A DNA stretch of 35,895 bases from the NCBI GenBank assembly GCA_944392435.1, contig CALXWQ010000001.1, positions 1-35,895 of the forward strand. Reading direction: 5' to 3'. Shown piece by piece: positions 16,345 through 24,399 of this stretch (positions are counted from its first letter, which is position 1; the number at the start of each line of letters is the position of its first letter). Below the pieces are notes generated by a model. That model saw only the letters and a list, made by a program, of their open reading frames with translations. It was not told the DNA's origin and made no database searches. A program made the position numbers and the translations under genes. This DNA is from an uncultured Clostridia bacterium. GTDB lineage: Bacteria; Bacillota; Clostridia; TANB77; CAG-508.

Positions 16345-18573
16345 TTACTTGTACTCCACCACCACTTTTGTTCCTTCATAAATTTCAATTCCACTAACAG
16401 GAACTTGAACTGTAACAGTCTTATCCGCTACATTCTCCTCTGTTTCTTCATAGCTTATTTCAAGTCCTACATCCTCCAATATTTTCTTTGCCTCACTAAC
16501 CGTTAAACCCGTTACATTTGGAACTTCTACTTCTTCTTTTATATCATCTTCTGTTAGATTATCTTTTTGAACTTCTAAATATGGAAGAACTTCTCCCAAT
16601 ACTTGTGAGCCTATTGGTGCTGCAACACCTCCTCCTTGGTGTCCTCCTTCTCCTGTTGGATTATACAATGTTATTAGTACTACTACTTGTGGGTCAGATA
16701 CTGGTGCTACTCCTACAAATGAAGTTACGTATTTCCCTGTATTTACTCCATCTTCTGAAGTTCCTGTTTTTCCTCCTATTGAATATCCTTGTACTCTAGC
16801 ATTTTTTCCTGTTCCTTCAGCAACAACTGTCCCCATCATGCTAAGTACATCTTCTGCAGTTTTTTGTGATATTACTCCTTCTGTCTCTTCTATTGGTATA
16901 TCTGTAATTTCTCCAGTCACACTATTTATGATTTGTTTTACAATGCGTGGTTTTACATATGTTCCTTTGTTCGCAATTGTACTTACAGCTGTTATCATTT
17001 GTATTGGTGTTATTTCAAATCTCTGTCCAAATGATATAGTCGCAAGTTCTACCGGTCCCACTTTATCTTCCTTTAAGAAAATACTTCCTGCTTCTCCTGG
17101 AAGATCAATCCCCGTTCTTTTTAATAATCCAAACTTTTCAAGATAATCATAATACTTGCTTACTCCAATTTCTTGACCTAATCCTATAAAAACAGGATTA
17201 CATGAATTCATAAGAGCCTGCCTTAAACTTTCTGAACCATGTGGGTTATAGTATCTCCAACAACTTATACGTACTCCTGCTACTGTTATTCCTCCTGTAC
17301 AGCAAAATTCACCTTGTTTATCTGTTGTAGTTATTCCTTCCTCTAGTGCTGCTGATGCAGTAATCAATTTGAATGTAGAGCCTGGCTCATATGTATCTGC
17401 AACAGCTTTATTTCTCCAAACTTTTTGCATCTCTGCAACTTGTTCAGTTTCCGATAAGTTATCCCAACTTTCTCGTAACTCTTCTATAGTAGTCTCATAT
17501 GGCGTATTCAAGTTATAATCTGGATATCCAGCCATTGCCAAAATATCTCCAGTTTTTGGGTTCATAACAATTATGTTTCCCCCATCTGTACATTTATTGT
17601 CAATACATGCCTCTTTCAGGTATTTTTCAGCTATTCCCTGTATTGTCGCATCAATACTTAAAACTAAATCATTGCCATCTACTGCGGAAGTGTAACTTTC
17701 TCCTTCATTCTCTATTTCGCCTCCATTTGCATCTGTGACCTTAGTAATTCTACCCTTTTCTCCTTGCAATTCATCTTCATAAATTGCTTCTATTCCATCT
17801 AATCCCTGATTGTCGGAGCCACAAAACCCTATTACCTGAGATGCTAAACTATTATATGGATAATATCTTTTCGTATCTTCATCTATATTTATTCCAGTTT
17901 CTATATTGTTAGCCTCCATCCAAACTCTAAGCTCATCAGTTTTTTCTTTTTCTACTTTTCTAGCTATATTTTCAATAGATGTTTTTTTGTTTACCTTTTT
18001 TAATACAGTCTCATAGTCTAAGTCAAATATATTGCTAAGTGCTTCTGCCACCTTTTCTTTATTTTCTTTAGAGATATTAGTTGGATTTACAGTTACTGTA
18101 TTTACAGTACTACTCACTGCCAAAATAGTTTTTCCTGTAGCATCATATATAGTTCCCCTTCTTGGATTTACTGCTCTTTCCAAACTCTGTTGCTCATAAG
18201 CCATCCTCTTTAATTCATCACCCATTACAAATTGTATCCAAGCAATTCTTCCAATAAATACAGTAAATATTAAACAAACTGCAACTATTGCCACTTTAAA
18301 TCTTTTTCTTCTACTAATCTCGCTATATTTTTCTTCTGCTTTTACCTTATCTTCTTTTATCTGTTTTCTATACTTCTTATTTTGTTTTTTTTCAAATTTC
18401 TTTTTCAATCTTTCTACATTCTCTATCTTTTCAGCTTTTTCTTTTTTTATATTCATTATTTCTTTTCTATCAAATCTTGGTATTATCTTTTTTCTCTCTT
18501 TCTCTCTATAAAATCCTCTTTTGGTTTTTCTTTTGTTCCCCTTTCTTTTTCCTGTATTCATTCTTAATCTCAT
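16345..18573 (-). CDS. Class B penicillin-binding protein (PBP2B/SpoVD type) with one PASTA domain and a long Lys-rich cytoplasmic tail
   Basis: Transpeptidase motifs STFK (EPGSTFKLITA), SCN (MNSCNP) and KTGT, plus C-terminal PASTA (VPNVTGLTVSEAKKILEDVGL). About 90 K/R/E-rich residues precede the TM helix. ATG 18561 is the alternative start. Confidence 0.92.
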   Translation of the reverse strand: MRLRMNTGKRKGNKRKTKRGFYREKERKKIIPRFDRKEIMNIKKEKAEKIENVERLKKKFEKKQNKKYRKQIKEDKVKAEEKYSEISRRKRFKVAIVAVCLIFTVFIGRIAWIQFVMGDELKRMAYEQQSLERAVNPRRGTIYDATGKTILAVSSTVNTVTVNPTNISKENKEKVAEALSNIFDLDYETVLKKVNKKTSIENIARKVEKEKTDELRVWMEANNIETGINIDEDTKRYYPYNSLASQVIGFCGSDNQGLDGIEAIYEDELQGEKGRITKVTDANGGEIENEGESYTSAVDGNDLVLSIDATIQGIAEKYLKEACIDNKCTDGGNIIVMNPKTGDILAMAGYPDYNLNTPYETTIEELRESWDNLSETEQVAEMQKVWRNKAVADTYEPGSTFKLITASAALEEGITTTDKQGEFCCTGGITVAGVRISCWRYYNPHGSESLRQALMNSCNPVFIGLGQEIGVSKYYDYLEKFGLLKRTGIDLPGEAGSIFLKEDKVGPVELATISFGQRFEITPIQMITAVSTIANKGTYVKPRIVKQIINSVTGEITDIPIEETEGVISQKTAEDVLSMMGTVVAEGTGKNARVQGYSIGGKTGTSEDGVNTGKYVTSFVGVAPVSDPQVVVLITLYNPTGEGGHQGGGVAAPIGSQVLGEVLPYLEVQKDNLTEDDIKEEVEVPNVTGLTVSEAKKILEDVGLEISYEETEENVADKTVTVQVPVSGIEIYEGTKVVVEYK

Positions 18574-18667
18574 TCCTCCCTAAAAGCACAAATTTCGCTC
18601 AAAAAAAATAATACTTTTACAATTTAATAAGTATCTTTTATACCTAAATTAATTGTATTCATATTAT

Positions 18668-18710
18668 CCAAAAAAAATGATAAATTAGGTCTTTCCCCAA
18701 TTTATCATTT
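18668..18710 (-). terminator. Strong Rho-independent terminator between ftsL and the PBP gene
   Basis: 12-bp stem AAATGATAAATT / AATTTATCATTT (18675-18686 / 18699-18710) overlapping the ftsL stop. On the minus strand it is followed by a run of 7-8 T. Confidence 0.7.
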
Positions 18711-19214
18711 TCCTAATAATGTATTTAATAATTTTTCTAACCAATTTTGACTATCATCCATTACAACCTCTTCACTTGCTGGTTCTACATAATCTTGCTT
18801 ATCTAGACTCACATATACTTTTTGGCTATTATCCAATTTTTGCATTCCCAATTTTTTCTCTGCAAGTTCTTCTATGTTGCTTAGATTTAAACTATTTTCT
18901 AAATTTACTTTTAACTGTTCATTTTCTTTTTGTATAGCAGCTAAATTAGCTTTTAGTGATTCTCCTTTATTAAAACTTTCATTTATTAGTGAATTTCTAT
19001 AACTTATAACAAATAAACTAGCAAATATTAATAATACATAAACCATTGCTTTAAAATGAGATTTGAGCTGTCTTTTGGGCTGTGTCTTTTCAGCTTTTCT
19101 ACTCACTGCTGCCTTTTTCTTTTTTATATATGGATTTTTTAATGGCTCATATTCTGGTTCTAATTTTCTAGGGCTAGTTTCATATTGGTATCTACTATAC
19201 CTGTAGTTTGCCAT
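18705..19214 (-). CDS. ftsL: Cell division protein FtsL (septum formation initiator type)
   Basis: Basic N-terminus, a single TM (AMVYVLLIFASLFVI), a coiled-coil and an IEELAEKKLGM motif. It sits between rsmH and the PBP gene. Confidence 0.8.
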   Translation of the reverse strand: MANYRYSRYQYETSPRKLEPEYEPLKNPYIKKKKAAVSRKAEKTQPKRQLKSHFKAMVYVLLIFASLFVISYRNSLINESFNKGESLKANLAAIQKENEQLKVNLENSLNLSNIEELAEKKLGMQKLDNSQKVYVSLDKQDYVEPASEEVVMDDSQNWLEKLLNTLLGK

Positions 19215-19285
19215 AAGTTACTTTCACCTCTTTTCTTTAATATCGTTTGTTTCTTTATCTACTTTTTCTACTGAGATTTTATAAT

Positions 19286-20234
19286 TTATCCATTGTTTTT
19301 CTTTTCTATTCTTTCAAAAATTCTTAATTTTGCACTTTTGCTTCTGCTATTTTCTTCTTGCTCTTCTTTGCTTGGGAGTATTGGTTTTCTAGTTATTATC
19401 TTTCCATAAGATTTATAATTGCATACACAATATGGCAAATCTTTTGGACATGTACACTTTCCTTGTGCTTCAATAAATGCTTCTTTAACTGCTCTATCTT
19501 CTAACGAATGAAAAGTAATAACTGCAAGTCTGCCATTTTCTTTTAGGCACTCTATAGAGTTTAAAATTGTATTATATAATGGCTCCAATTCATTATTTAC
19601 TTCTATTCGGATTGCTTGAAAGGTTCTTTTTGCAGGATGTCCATTATTTTGTTTTGACTTTGGTATTGAATTTCTTATAATATCTACCAATTCTTCAGTA
19701 GTTTCTATTCGCTTTTTTTGTCTTTCTTTGCAAATATTTTTTGCAATAATCCTTGAAAATTTTTCTTCCCCATATTTGTAAATTATATTTGATAATTCTT
19801 CTTCTGTATATTCATTAATTACATCTTCTGCTGTAAGTTCTTGGGTTTTATCCATTCTCATATCTAATTTTGCATTTTCCATATAGCTAAACCCTCTAGT
19901 TTTTTCATCTAACTGATATGAAGAAACTCCTAAATCGAGTAAAATCCCATCTACTTTGTCTATTCCAATATTCTCTAGTATTCTATTTATATCATCATGG
20001 TTTCCATGAATGTATTTTACGTTTTTATATTTTTCTAATCTATGTTTTGCTGCTAATAATGCCTCTTCATCTCTGTCTATTCCTATAAGTAATCCTCTAT
20101 CAGACAATCTTTTAACTATTTCTTCACTATGACCTGCTCCTCCGCATTGTTCCATCTACATATATTCCGTCTGTTTTTATGTTCAATCCTTCTATACATT
20201 CATTTAATAAAACGCTCTTATGTTTGAATTCCAA
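19286..20234 (-). pseudogene. rsmH: 16S rRNA (cytosine1402-N4)-methyltransferase RsmH, interrupted by a 1-nt frameshift near the SAM-binding motif
   Basis: TTG 20234 (GAGGTG 6 nt upstream) opens (M)[28 protein letters not shown], then runs MRRSRS-stop (TAG 20129-20127). The track ORF 19286..20155 starts in the +1 frame at ..[14 protein letters not shown]. Removing one nt within 20143-20147 restores VDGT(C/M)GGAGHS. Confidence 0.8.
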
Positions 20235-20390
20235 TTGTTACACCTCATAGTACAAATTTTTATGATAGCATAAGCAGTTGGCATAAAAATATACCAACTG
20301 TATGCATGTCTTCAATTACTTATATTTCAGCAATTTTATCATATGTATGTTAACATTCCTTTGTTTTTATATTTCCTTTTCTTTAGATAA

Positions 20391-20750
20391 TCTTATCTTT
20401 TTTCTTCTGTGCATTATTATTTTTTCTTTTGTAAATGTCTATGTATAAACAATAAACATTTTATCTTTAGAAATTCAAAAATCTTTTGTTTTATTGTTTT
20501 ATTAGTGCTTTTGTTTTAATATATATTTAAATTTATCTTTTGTATTAATTTAAAATTTTTTCTTTAGATTATTAAAATTAGCTTGTCTTTTGTATTTTCA
20601 ACTCATTTTACTTAGCTTGTCTTTTGTTAAAATTTTTATCAATTTTTATCTTTTGTTCACATAATTATCTTTTGTTTTACTTTGTACCATTTTCTTTTGT
20701 TATCAAATGAGGATTAAAATCTTTTGTGCTTTTATTATTTTTATCTTTAG
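20391..20750 (-). repeat. Array of short direct repeats (minus strand ACAAAAGA / CTAAAGA) in the mraZ-rsmH spacer
   Basis: CTTTTGT on the + strand starts at 20426, 20483, 20508, 20537, 20587, 20621, 20650, 20669, 20694 and 20721. CTTTAG starts at 20391, 20465, 20572 and 20745. A 16-nt subrepeat TTAGCTTGTCTTTTGT occurs at 20578-20593 and 20612-20627. Confidence 0.75.
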
Positions 20751-20772
20751 TTTTTATATAAACTTTTTAAAG

Positions 20773-21204
20773 TTATATACCTAACATAGTCATATTTTCT
20801 GCTATTTCATCTGCCGAAATATTTTCTTCACTATTGTATTCTTTCCATTTGTCTTTGTTCCAAATTTCTATTCTAGTACCTACACCTATTATTGCAACTT
20901 CTTTTTCAAGATGTGCATATTCTCTTAGGTTACCTGTTAATAGAAATCTACCTTGTTTGTCCAATTCGCATTCGATTGCTCCTGATAAAAACAATCTCAC
21001 GAAATCTCTTGCGTTTTTGTTTGTAAGTGGAAGTGATTTTAATTTTTCTTGAAAATTATTCCATTCATTTTGAGAGAAACCAAATAATGAACCATCTAAT
21101 CCTTTTGTTACTATGAACTTTTCACCTATGTCTTCTCTAAGCTTTGCTGGCATTATAAGTCTTCCTTTTGCATCTAGAGAATGTTCATATTCACCAATTA
21201 GCAC
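20773..21204 (-). CDS. mraZ: Transcriptional regulator MraZ
   Basis: (M)[22 protein letters not shown] and a second DKQGRFLL repeat (the duplicated MraZ/SpoVT-AbrB fold signature). GTG start 21204 with AGAGGTGA 6 nt upstream. Confidence 0.93.
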   Translation of the reverse strand: MLIGEYEHSLDAKGRLIMPAKLREDIGEKFIVTKGLDGSLFGFSQNEWNNFQEKLKSLPLTNKNARDFVRLFLSGAIECELDKQGRFLLTGNLREYAHLEKEVAIIGVGTRIEIWNKDKWKEYNSEENISADEIAENMTMLGI

Positions 21205-21231
21205 TTTGTTTCACCTCTCTAACATTTTATA

Positions 21232-21293
21232 CCACTTTTTACCACTTCTCTCCACTTCACTTAAATTTTAATACAAGTATTTATAAATTGCAA
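21232..21293 (-). promoter_or_regulatory. Pmra promoter with three MraZ boxes
   Basis: The minus strand reads TTGCAA (21293-21288), a 17-nt spacer, TAAAAT (21270-21265), then GTGAAGTGGAGAGAAGTGGTAAAAAGTGGT. These are three AAGTGG repeats at an exact 10-bp period (+ strand CCACTT at 21252, 21242, 21232). Confidence 0.65.
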
Positions 21294-21387
21294 GTGTTTT
21301 TTGAAAATTTTTCAAAAAATTTTTTTCAAAATGCTTGTGCCTCTATGGTTTGCGAACATTGGTTTTGTATTGTAAACATAATAAGAG

Positions 21388-21430
21388 CAGAATAATGCTT
21401 GCTTTTACAGTATTCTAAACATTATTCTGC
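21388..21430 (-). terminator. Terminator downstream of fic
   Basis: GCAGAATAATG / CATTATTCTGC 11-bp stem (21388-21398 / 21420-21430). On the minus strand it is followed by TCTTATTATGTTT. Confidence 0.5.
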
Positions 21431-21435
21431 CTTAT

Positions 21436-22035
21436 TTACGCTTTTTTTGTTAAACATTCATACAAAATCTTTGTTAAATCTTCTGTATCTACAATTGACT
21501 TTAAACATGCATCTAGGAATTCTTTAGGTGACACTTTTCTTAAATCTAATACATACTCATTTTTTAAAGCTAGCTCACGAATAAATTCCCTCGTTGTCCT
21601 TCCATTTCCCTCTCTATATGGATGTAGCACATTTAGTTCTGACAAATAGTACGCTAACCTTTCAGCAAGCTTTTCTTTTGATAAATTCTCTAAATAATTT
21701 TCTTTTTTTAATTCATCTAATAATCTTTCTAGCTCTGGCTCTATATATTCCCATTCTGCAAATCTGAATACTCCTTTCGCAATATTCTCGGTTCTATATT
21801 TCCCTGCAAAAGGATATATATCTTCAAATAAATATTTGTGAATTGAATTTATATGGTTTACATCAAAATTACCTATAATACCTTTTTGCATCAAAGCTAA
21901 AAGCTTTGCAGCTGTAATTTTTGCTTCATACTTTTGTAAAACCTTACTATCTCTTATATTTAATTTATTTATTAAAGTATTTGTATTTTCATAACAATAC
22001 TTTGAATCTCTTTCTTCATAAATATCTTTTCCCAT
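21436..22035 (-). CDS. fic: Fic-domain protein (class-I-like toxin of the FicT/VbhT type; no internal inhibitory motif seen)
   Basis: Active-site loop HPYREGNGRTTREF (HxFx(D/E)GNGRxxR with F to Y). N-terminal YCYENTNTLINKLNI resembles the VbhT/FicT start. Own promoter TTTCAA-17-TATAAT with TGG extension (22103-22075). No (S/T)xxxE(G/N) motif found by eye. Confidence 0.85.
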   Translation of the reverse strand: MGKDIYEERDSKYCYENTNTLINKLNIRDSKVLQKYEAKITAAKLLALMQKGIIGNFDVNHINSIHKYLFEDIYPFAGKYRTENIAKGVFRFAEWEYIEPELERLLDELKKENYLENLSKEKLAERLAYYLSELNVLHPYREGNGRTTREFIRELALKNEYVLDLRKVSPKEFLDACLKSIVDTEDLTKILYECLTKKA

Positions 22036-22139
22036 GTACTTTTCCTCTAATTATTGTCAATATGTGTTTTTGACATTATACCATATAATAAAATACTTTG
22101 AAATATTATTTTAAAAAATTGTTAATTTTTAGGTTACAG

Positions 22140-22233
22140 GATGTTAGAATTCACGGCTTTCCGATTTATAATTTAATAGAGAAAGAAACATCATTTTATA
22201 AAATGCAATCGGCAAGCCGTGAATTCTAACATC
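22140..22233. repeat. 27-bp inverted repeat with 40-nt spacer
   Basis: GATGTTAGAATTCACGGCTTTCCGATT (22140-22166) and AATCGGCAAGCCGTGAATTCTAACATC (22207-22233) are complementary at 26 of 27 positions. There is no adjacent T-run on either strand. Confidence 0.7.
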
Positions 22234-22263
22234 ACTTTAAAGCCATTAAATAATAGTAAAATT

Positions 22264-22944
22264 TTAATCAATTGTAGTACTTGTTCTTCCTGTACCAACC
22301 ACTGCTTCTTGTAATGCTCTCCAAGTATTGCATCCAATAATTCCATCTGCTGCAAGACCAACCCTTGTTTGATAACTTCTTACCGCATTTTGAGTTGCTG
22401 TTCCAAAAATCCCGTCTAGTCCACCAGTTCTATATCCTAATGTGTTCAAATCATCTTGAGCAATAAGTACATAAGTACTGATGCTTCCTCTTTTTAATAG
22501 AGGGAATCCTCCAGTTGAACAAGCTGGAGTTCCAAATCTTTTATCAAAGTGCACCCAAGTCGGCGTTAACGAAATTGGTTCTACAAACGACCACACTCCT
22601 GAATTATTTGCAGAATTCCATAACCTTGTTCTTTGTGCCTGAGAGAGTCTTTGCCCCACATCAAAAGCAGTTCCTGCATAATGTTGACTCTGATTTCCGT
22701 GTCCACCTTCCCATGGTCTTTTAAATGCAAAACCTACTGGAATAGCAGAACCATAAATGTATCTTTGGCTATTCCAACTCTGCATTGTTCTTTTGGTAGT
22801 CCATAAAGTAGATGAATTACTAGATCCCCTAAACTCTCTTACCTTTAGAGTTCCATTAGCATTATATGGCATCGGCTCATTTTCTCCTCTATAATATGTC
22901 TCCATACGGTCACTGTCATTATTAAATACTATTATTTTCGCCAT
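22264..22944 (-). CDS. M15-family (D-Ala-D-Ala carboxypeptidase fold) peptidase with a C-terminal PG_binding_1 domain
   Basis: GGHGNQSQHYAGTAFDV ... WVHFD resembles the H-x-D / H zinc ligands of peptidase M15. The C-terminal LGYRTGGLDGIFGTATQNAVRSYQTRVGLAADGIIG is a peptidoglycan-binding repeat. Start moved to ATG 22944 (GGAGG 9 nt upstream). No signal peptide is seen. Confidence 0.8.
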   Translation of the reverse strand: MAKIIVFNNDSDRMETYYRGENEPMPYNANGTLKVREFRGSSNSSTLWTTKRTMQSWNSQRYIYGSAIPVGFAFKRPWEGGHGNQSQHYAGTAFDVGQRLSQAQRTRLWNSANNSGVWSFVEPISLTPTWVHFDKRFGTPACSTGGFPLLKRGSISTYVLIAQDDLNTLGYRTGGLDGIFGTATQNAVRSYQTRVGLAADGIIGCNTWRALQEAVVGTGRTSTTID

Positions 22945-23016
22945 AAAAATAATCCTCCCCAAATATTCTGTTTTTTATATATTATGGTAAAATTATTTTT
23001 TTGTTACAAATTCCAA

Positions 23017-23125
23017 ATTATATGTTGCCAAATAATAGTTTTATTAGCTTTCATATGCTAAAATGCTGGTAGTCGGCATTTTAGTACAGCAAAACTAATA
23101 AAGCCATTATATAGCAACGTAATAT
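23017..23125. repeat. About 109-bp imperfect palindrome in the divergent promoter region
   Basis: The arms 23017-23066 and 23076-23125 are largely complementary, for example GTTGCCAAATAATAGTTTTATTAG vs CTAATAAAGCCATTATATAGCAAC. The centre is CTAAAATGC-TGGTAGTCG-GCATTTTAG. Confidence 0.6.
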
Positions 23126-23224
23126 ATAATGTTTTTCGCTATTTTACTGGACTTTTTGCTGTTTTTGTGGTATAATATATATGTAAATGGTTTTTAATCA
23201 TTAAAAAATTTGGAGGATAAAAAT

Positions 23225-23389
23225 ATGTTTAATGAAGATATTTTTAATTTTAATATAGATAATATAAAAAATGATTTAGCAATAGAAGGTATGACAATTA
23301 GTGATGAAGATGTGAATTTGTTTAAACAATTTGCAAACGAAGAAATTGACATGCCTAATTTGATTCAAACTATAAAAAATGAAATTTAA
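23225..23389 (+). CDS. VbhA-like small antitoxin (54 aa), not in the supplied ORF track
   Basis: Hand translation: MFNEDIFNFNIDNIKNDLAIEGMTISDEDVNLFKQFANEEIDMPNLIQTIKNEI. GGAGG lies 8 nt before the ATG. Promoter TGGACT-17-TATAAT with TGG extension (23148-23176); terminator follows. LAIEG plus downstream helix resembles VbhA as I remember it (...ASQRLEGLEP...IKDLMERIKREEI). Confidence 0.6.
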   Translation: MFNEDIFNFNIDNIKNDLAIEGMTISDEDVNLFKQFANEEIDMPNLIQTIKNEI

Positions 23390-23416
23390 TGTTTTAAAAC
23401 TCCTTTTTATTTTTAT

Positions 23417-23447
23417 AAAAGCCCTTAGATTTTTTCTAAGAGCTTTT
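23417..23447. terminator. Bidirectional terminator between the vbhA-like gene and the sortase gene
   Basis: AAAAGCCCTTAGA / TCTAAGAGCTTTT (one mismatch, 5-nt loop), flanked by T-runs in both reading directions. Confidence 0.65.
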
Positions 23448-23467
23448 ATATTATATATTTTTCTATT

Positions 23468-24205
23468 CTATACTTCTCTACATTTTACAACTAATCTTTG
23501 AGTTCCATAATTTGTACAAGTTATTAAAGTAAGTTCCCTAAATGTTAGAGGCCTTCCATTTGCCATCTGGCTAGTACAACTTGTATCAGTAGGGTCTACT
23601 ACATATTTATAATATACTTCATATTCTACAGTTCTTCCAGTCATATCTTGAAGTTCTACTATATCTCCTGTTTCTAATTCTGACAATCTTCCAAACATCT
23701 TTCCATTTCTATAATTATGCCCTACTATACAATAATTTCCAACATCATTTGGTTTCATTTTATCATGCTCTGGCCAATATCTATTTACAGAAATCTCTAG
23801 CAATTCGTCTGATGTTTCAGATAATACTGGATATGTAATTCCTATCTTCGGAATAGATATTATTGCTTCTGTTGTATATGTAATGTCTCCGACTGTACTA
23901 CTTACTATTTCATTTGTAAAATCTTCTTGTTGTGTCTGTTCATCCGCTTTCTCCTCATTTAAAACAATAATTATTGCATCATCAGCAGTATTTTTTTTGG
24001 TAGTATTATCATCAGACTTTACTTCTGATAAAAGTACTTGAGAAACTTCCTCACTTTTATTTCTATCATATTCAGCATATATATAATAAGAAGAAAGTAA
24101 GCATACTAAAAGAATAGAAATGAAAAATACTATTTTATATAATTTTCTTTTCTTTTTAAAACCTGGTGTCATGTATAATTTTTCTGTAACCAAAATTTGG
24201 TTCAT
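23468..24205 (-). CDS. Sortase (class A/D-like) with N-terminal membrane anchor
   Basis: N-terminal TM (IVFFISILLVCLLSSYYIY), catalytic His context IVGHNYRNGKMFGRL, catalytic Cys in LTLITC, and a C-terminal Arg (RLVVKC). GGAGAGGAAAA SD. Confidence 0.85.
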   Translation of the reverse strand: MNQILVTEKLYMTPGFKKKRKLYKIVFFISILLVCLLSSYYIYAEYDRNKSEEVSQVLLSEVKSDDNTTKKNTADDAIIIVLNEEKADEQTQQEDFTNEIVSSTVGDITYTTEAIISIPKIGITYPVLSETSDELLEISVNRYWPEHDKMKPNDVGNYCIVGHNYRNGKMFGRLSELETGDIVELQDMTGRTVEYEVYYKYVVDPTDTSCTSQMANGRPLTFRELTLITCTNYGTQRLVVKCREV

Positions 24206-24399
24206 ATGCTTTTCCTCTCCTTCCTCATTTTTTCACACTAATACATCTTTATTATAACATATTTTCTTTAATTTTGGAATGGATGAACAAAATTTTTTTT
24301 ACTTTTATGGTTACTAAATAGTTGCAATTCATGGTTTGCCTATTTATATTTATAAGAACACTCCCAAAAAGCTAAAAACTTGAACAAATAGGAGTACAC

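Noticed and set aside
20127-20155. Programmed ribosomal frameshifting in rsmH.
   Set aside because: There is no slippery heptamer or stimulatory structure at the shift site, and no precedent that I know of for rsmH. A mutation or sequence error is the simpler explanation.
20391-20750. Possibility that the mraZ-rsmH repeat array is a CRISPR array or a replication origin (DnaA-box cluster).
   Set aside because: The repeat unit is only 7-8 nt with irregular 19-57 nt spacing, and there are no cas genes, so it is not CRISPR-like. I found no TTATCCACA-type boxes there. The only near-matches are single ones elsewhere (TTATCCCAT at about 10564, TTATCCAAA at about 18664).
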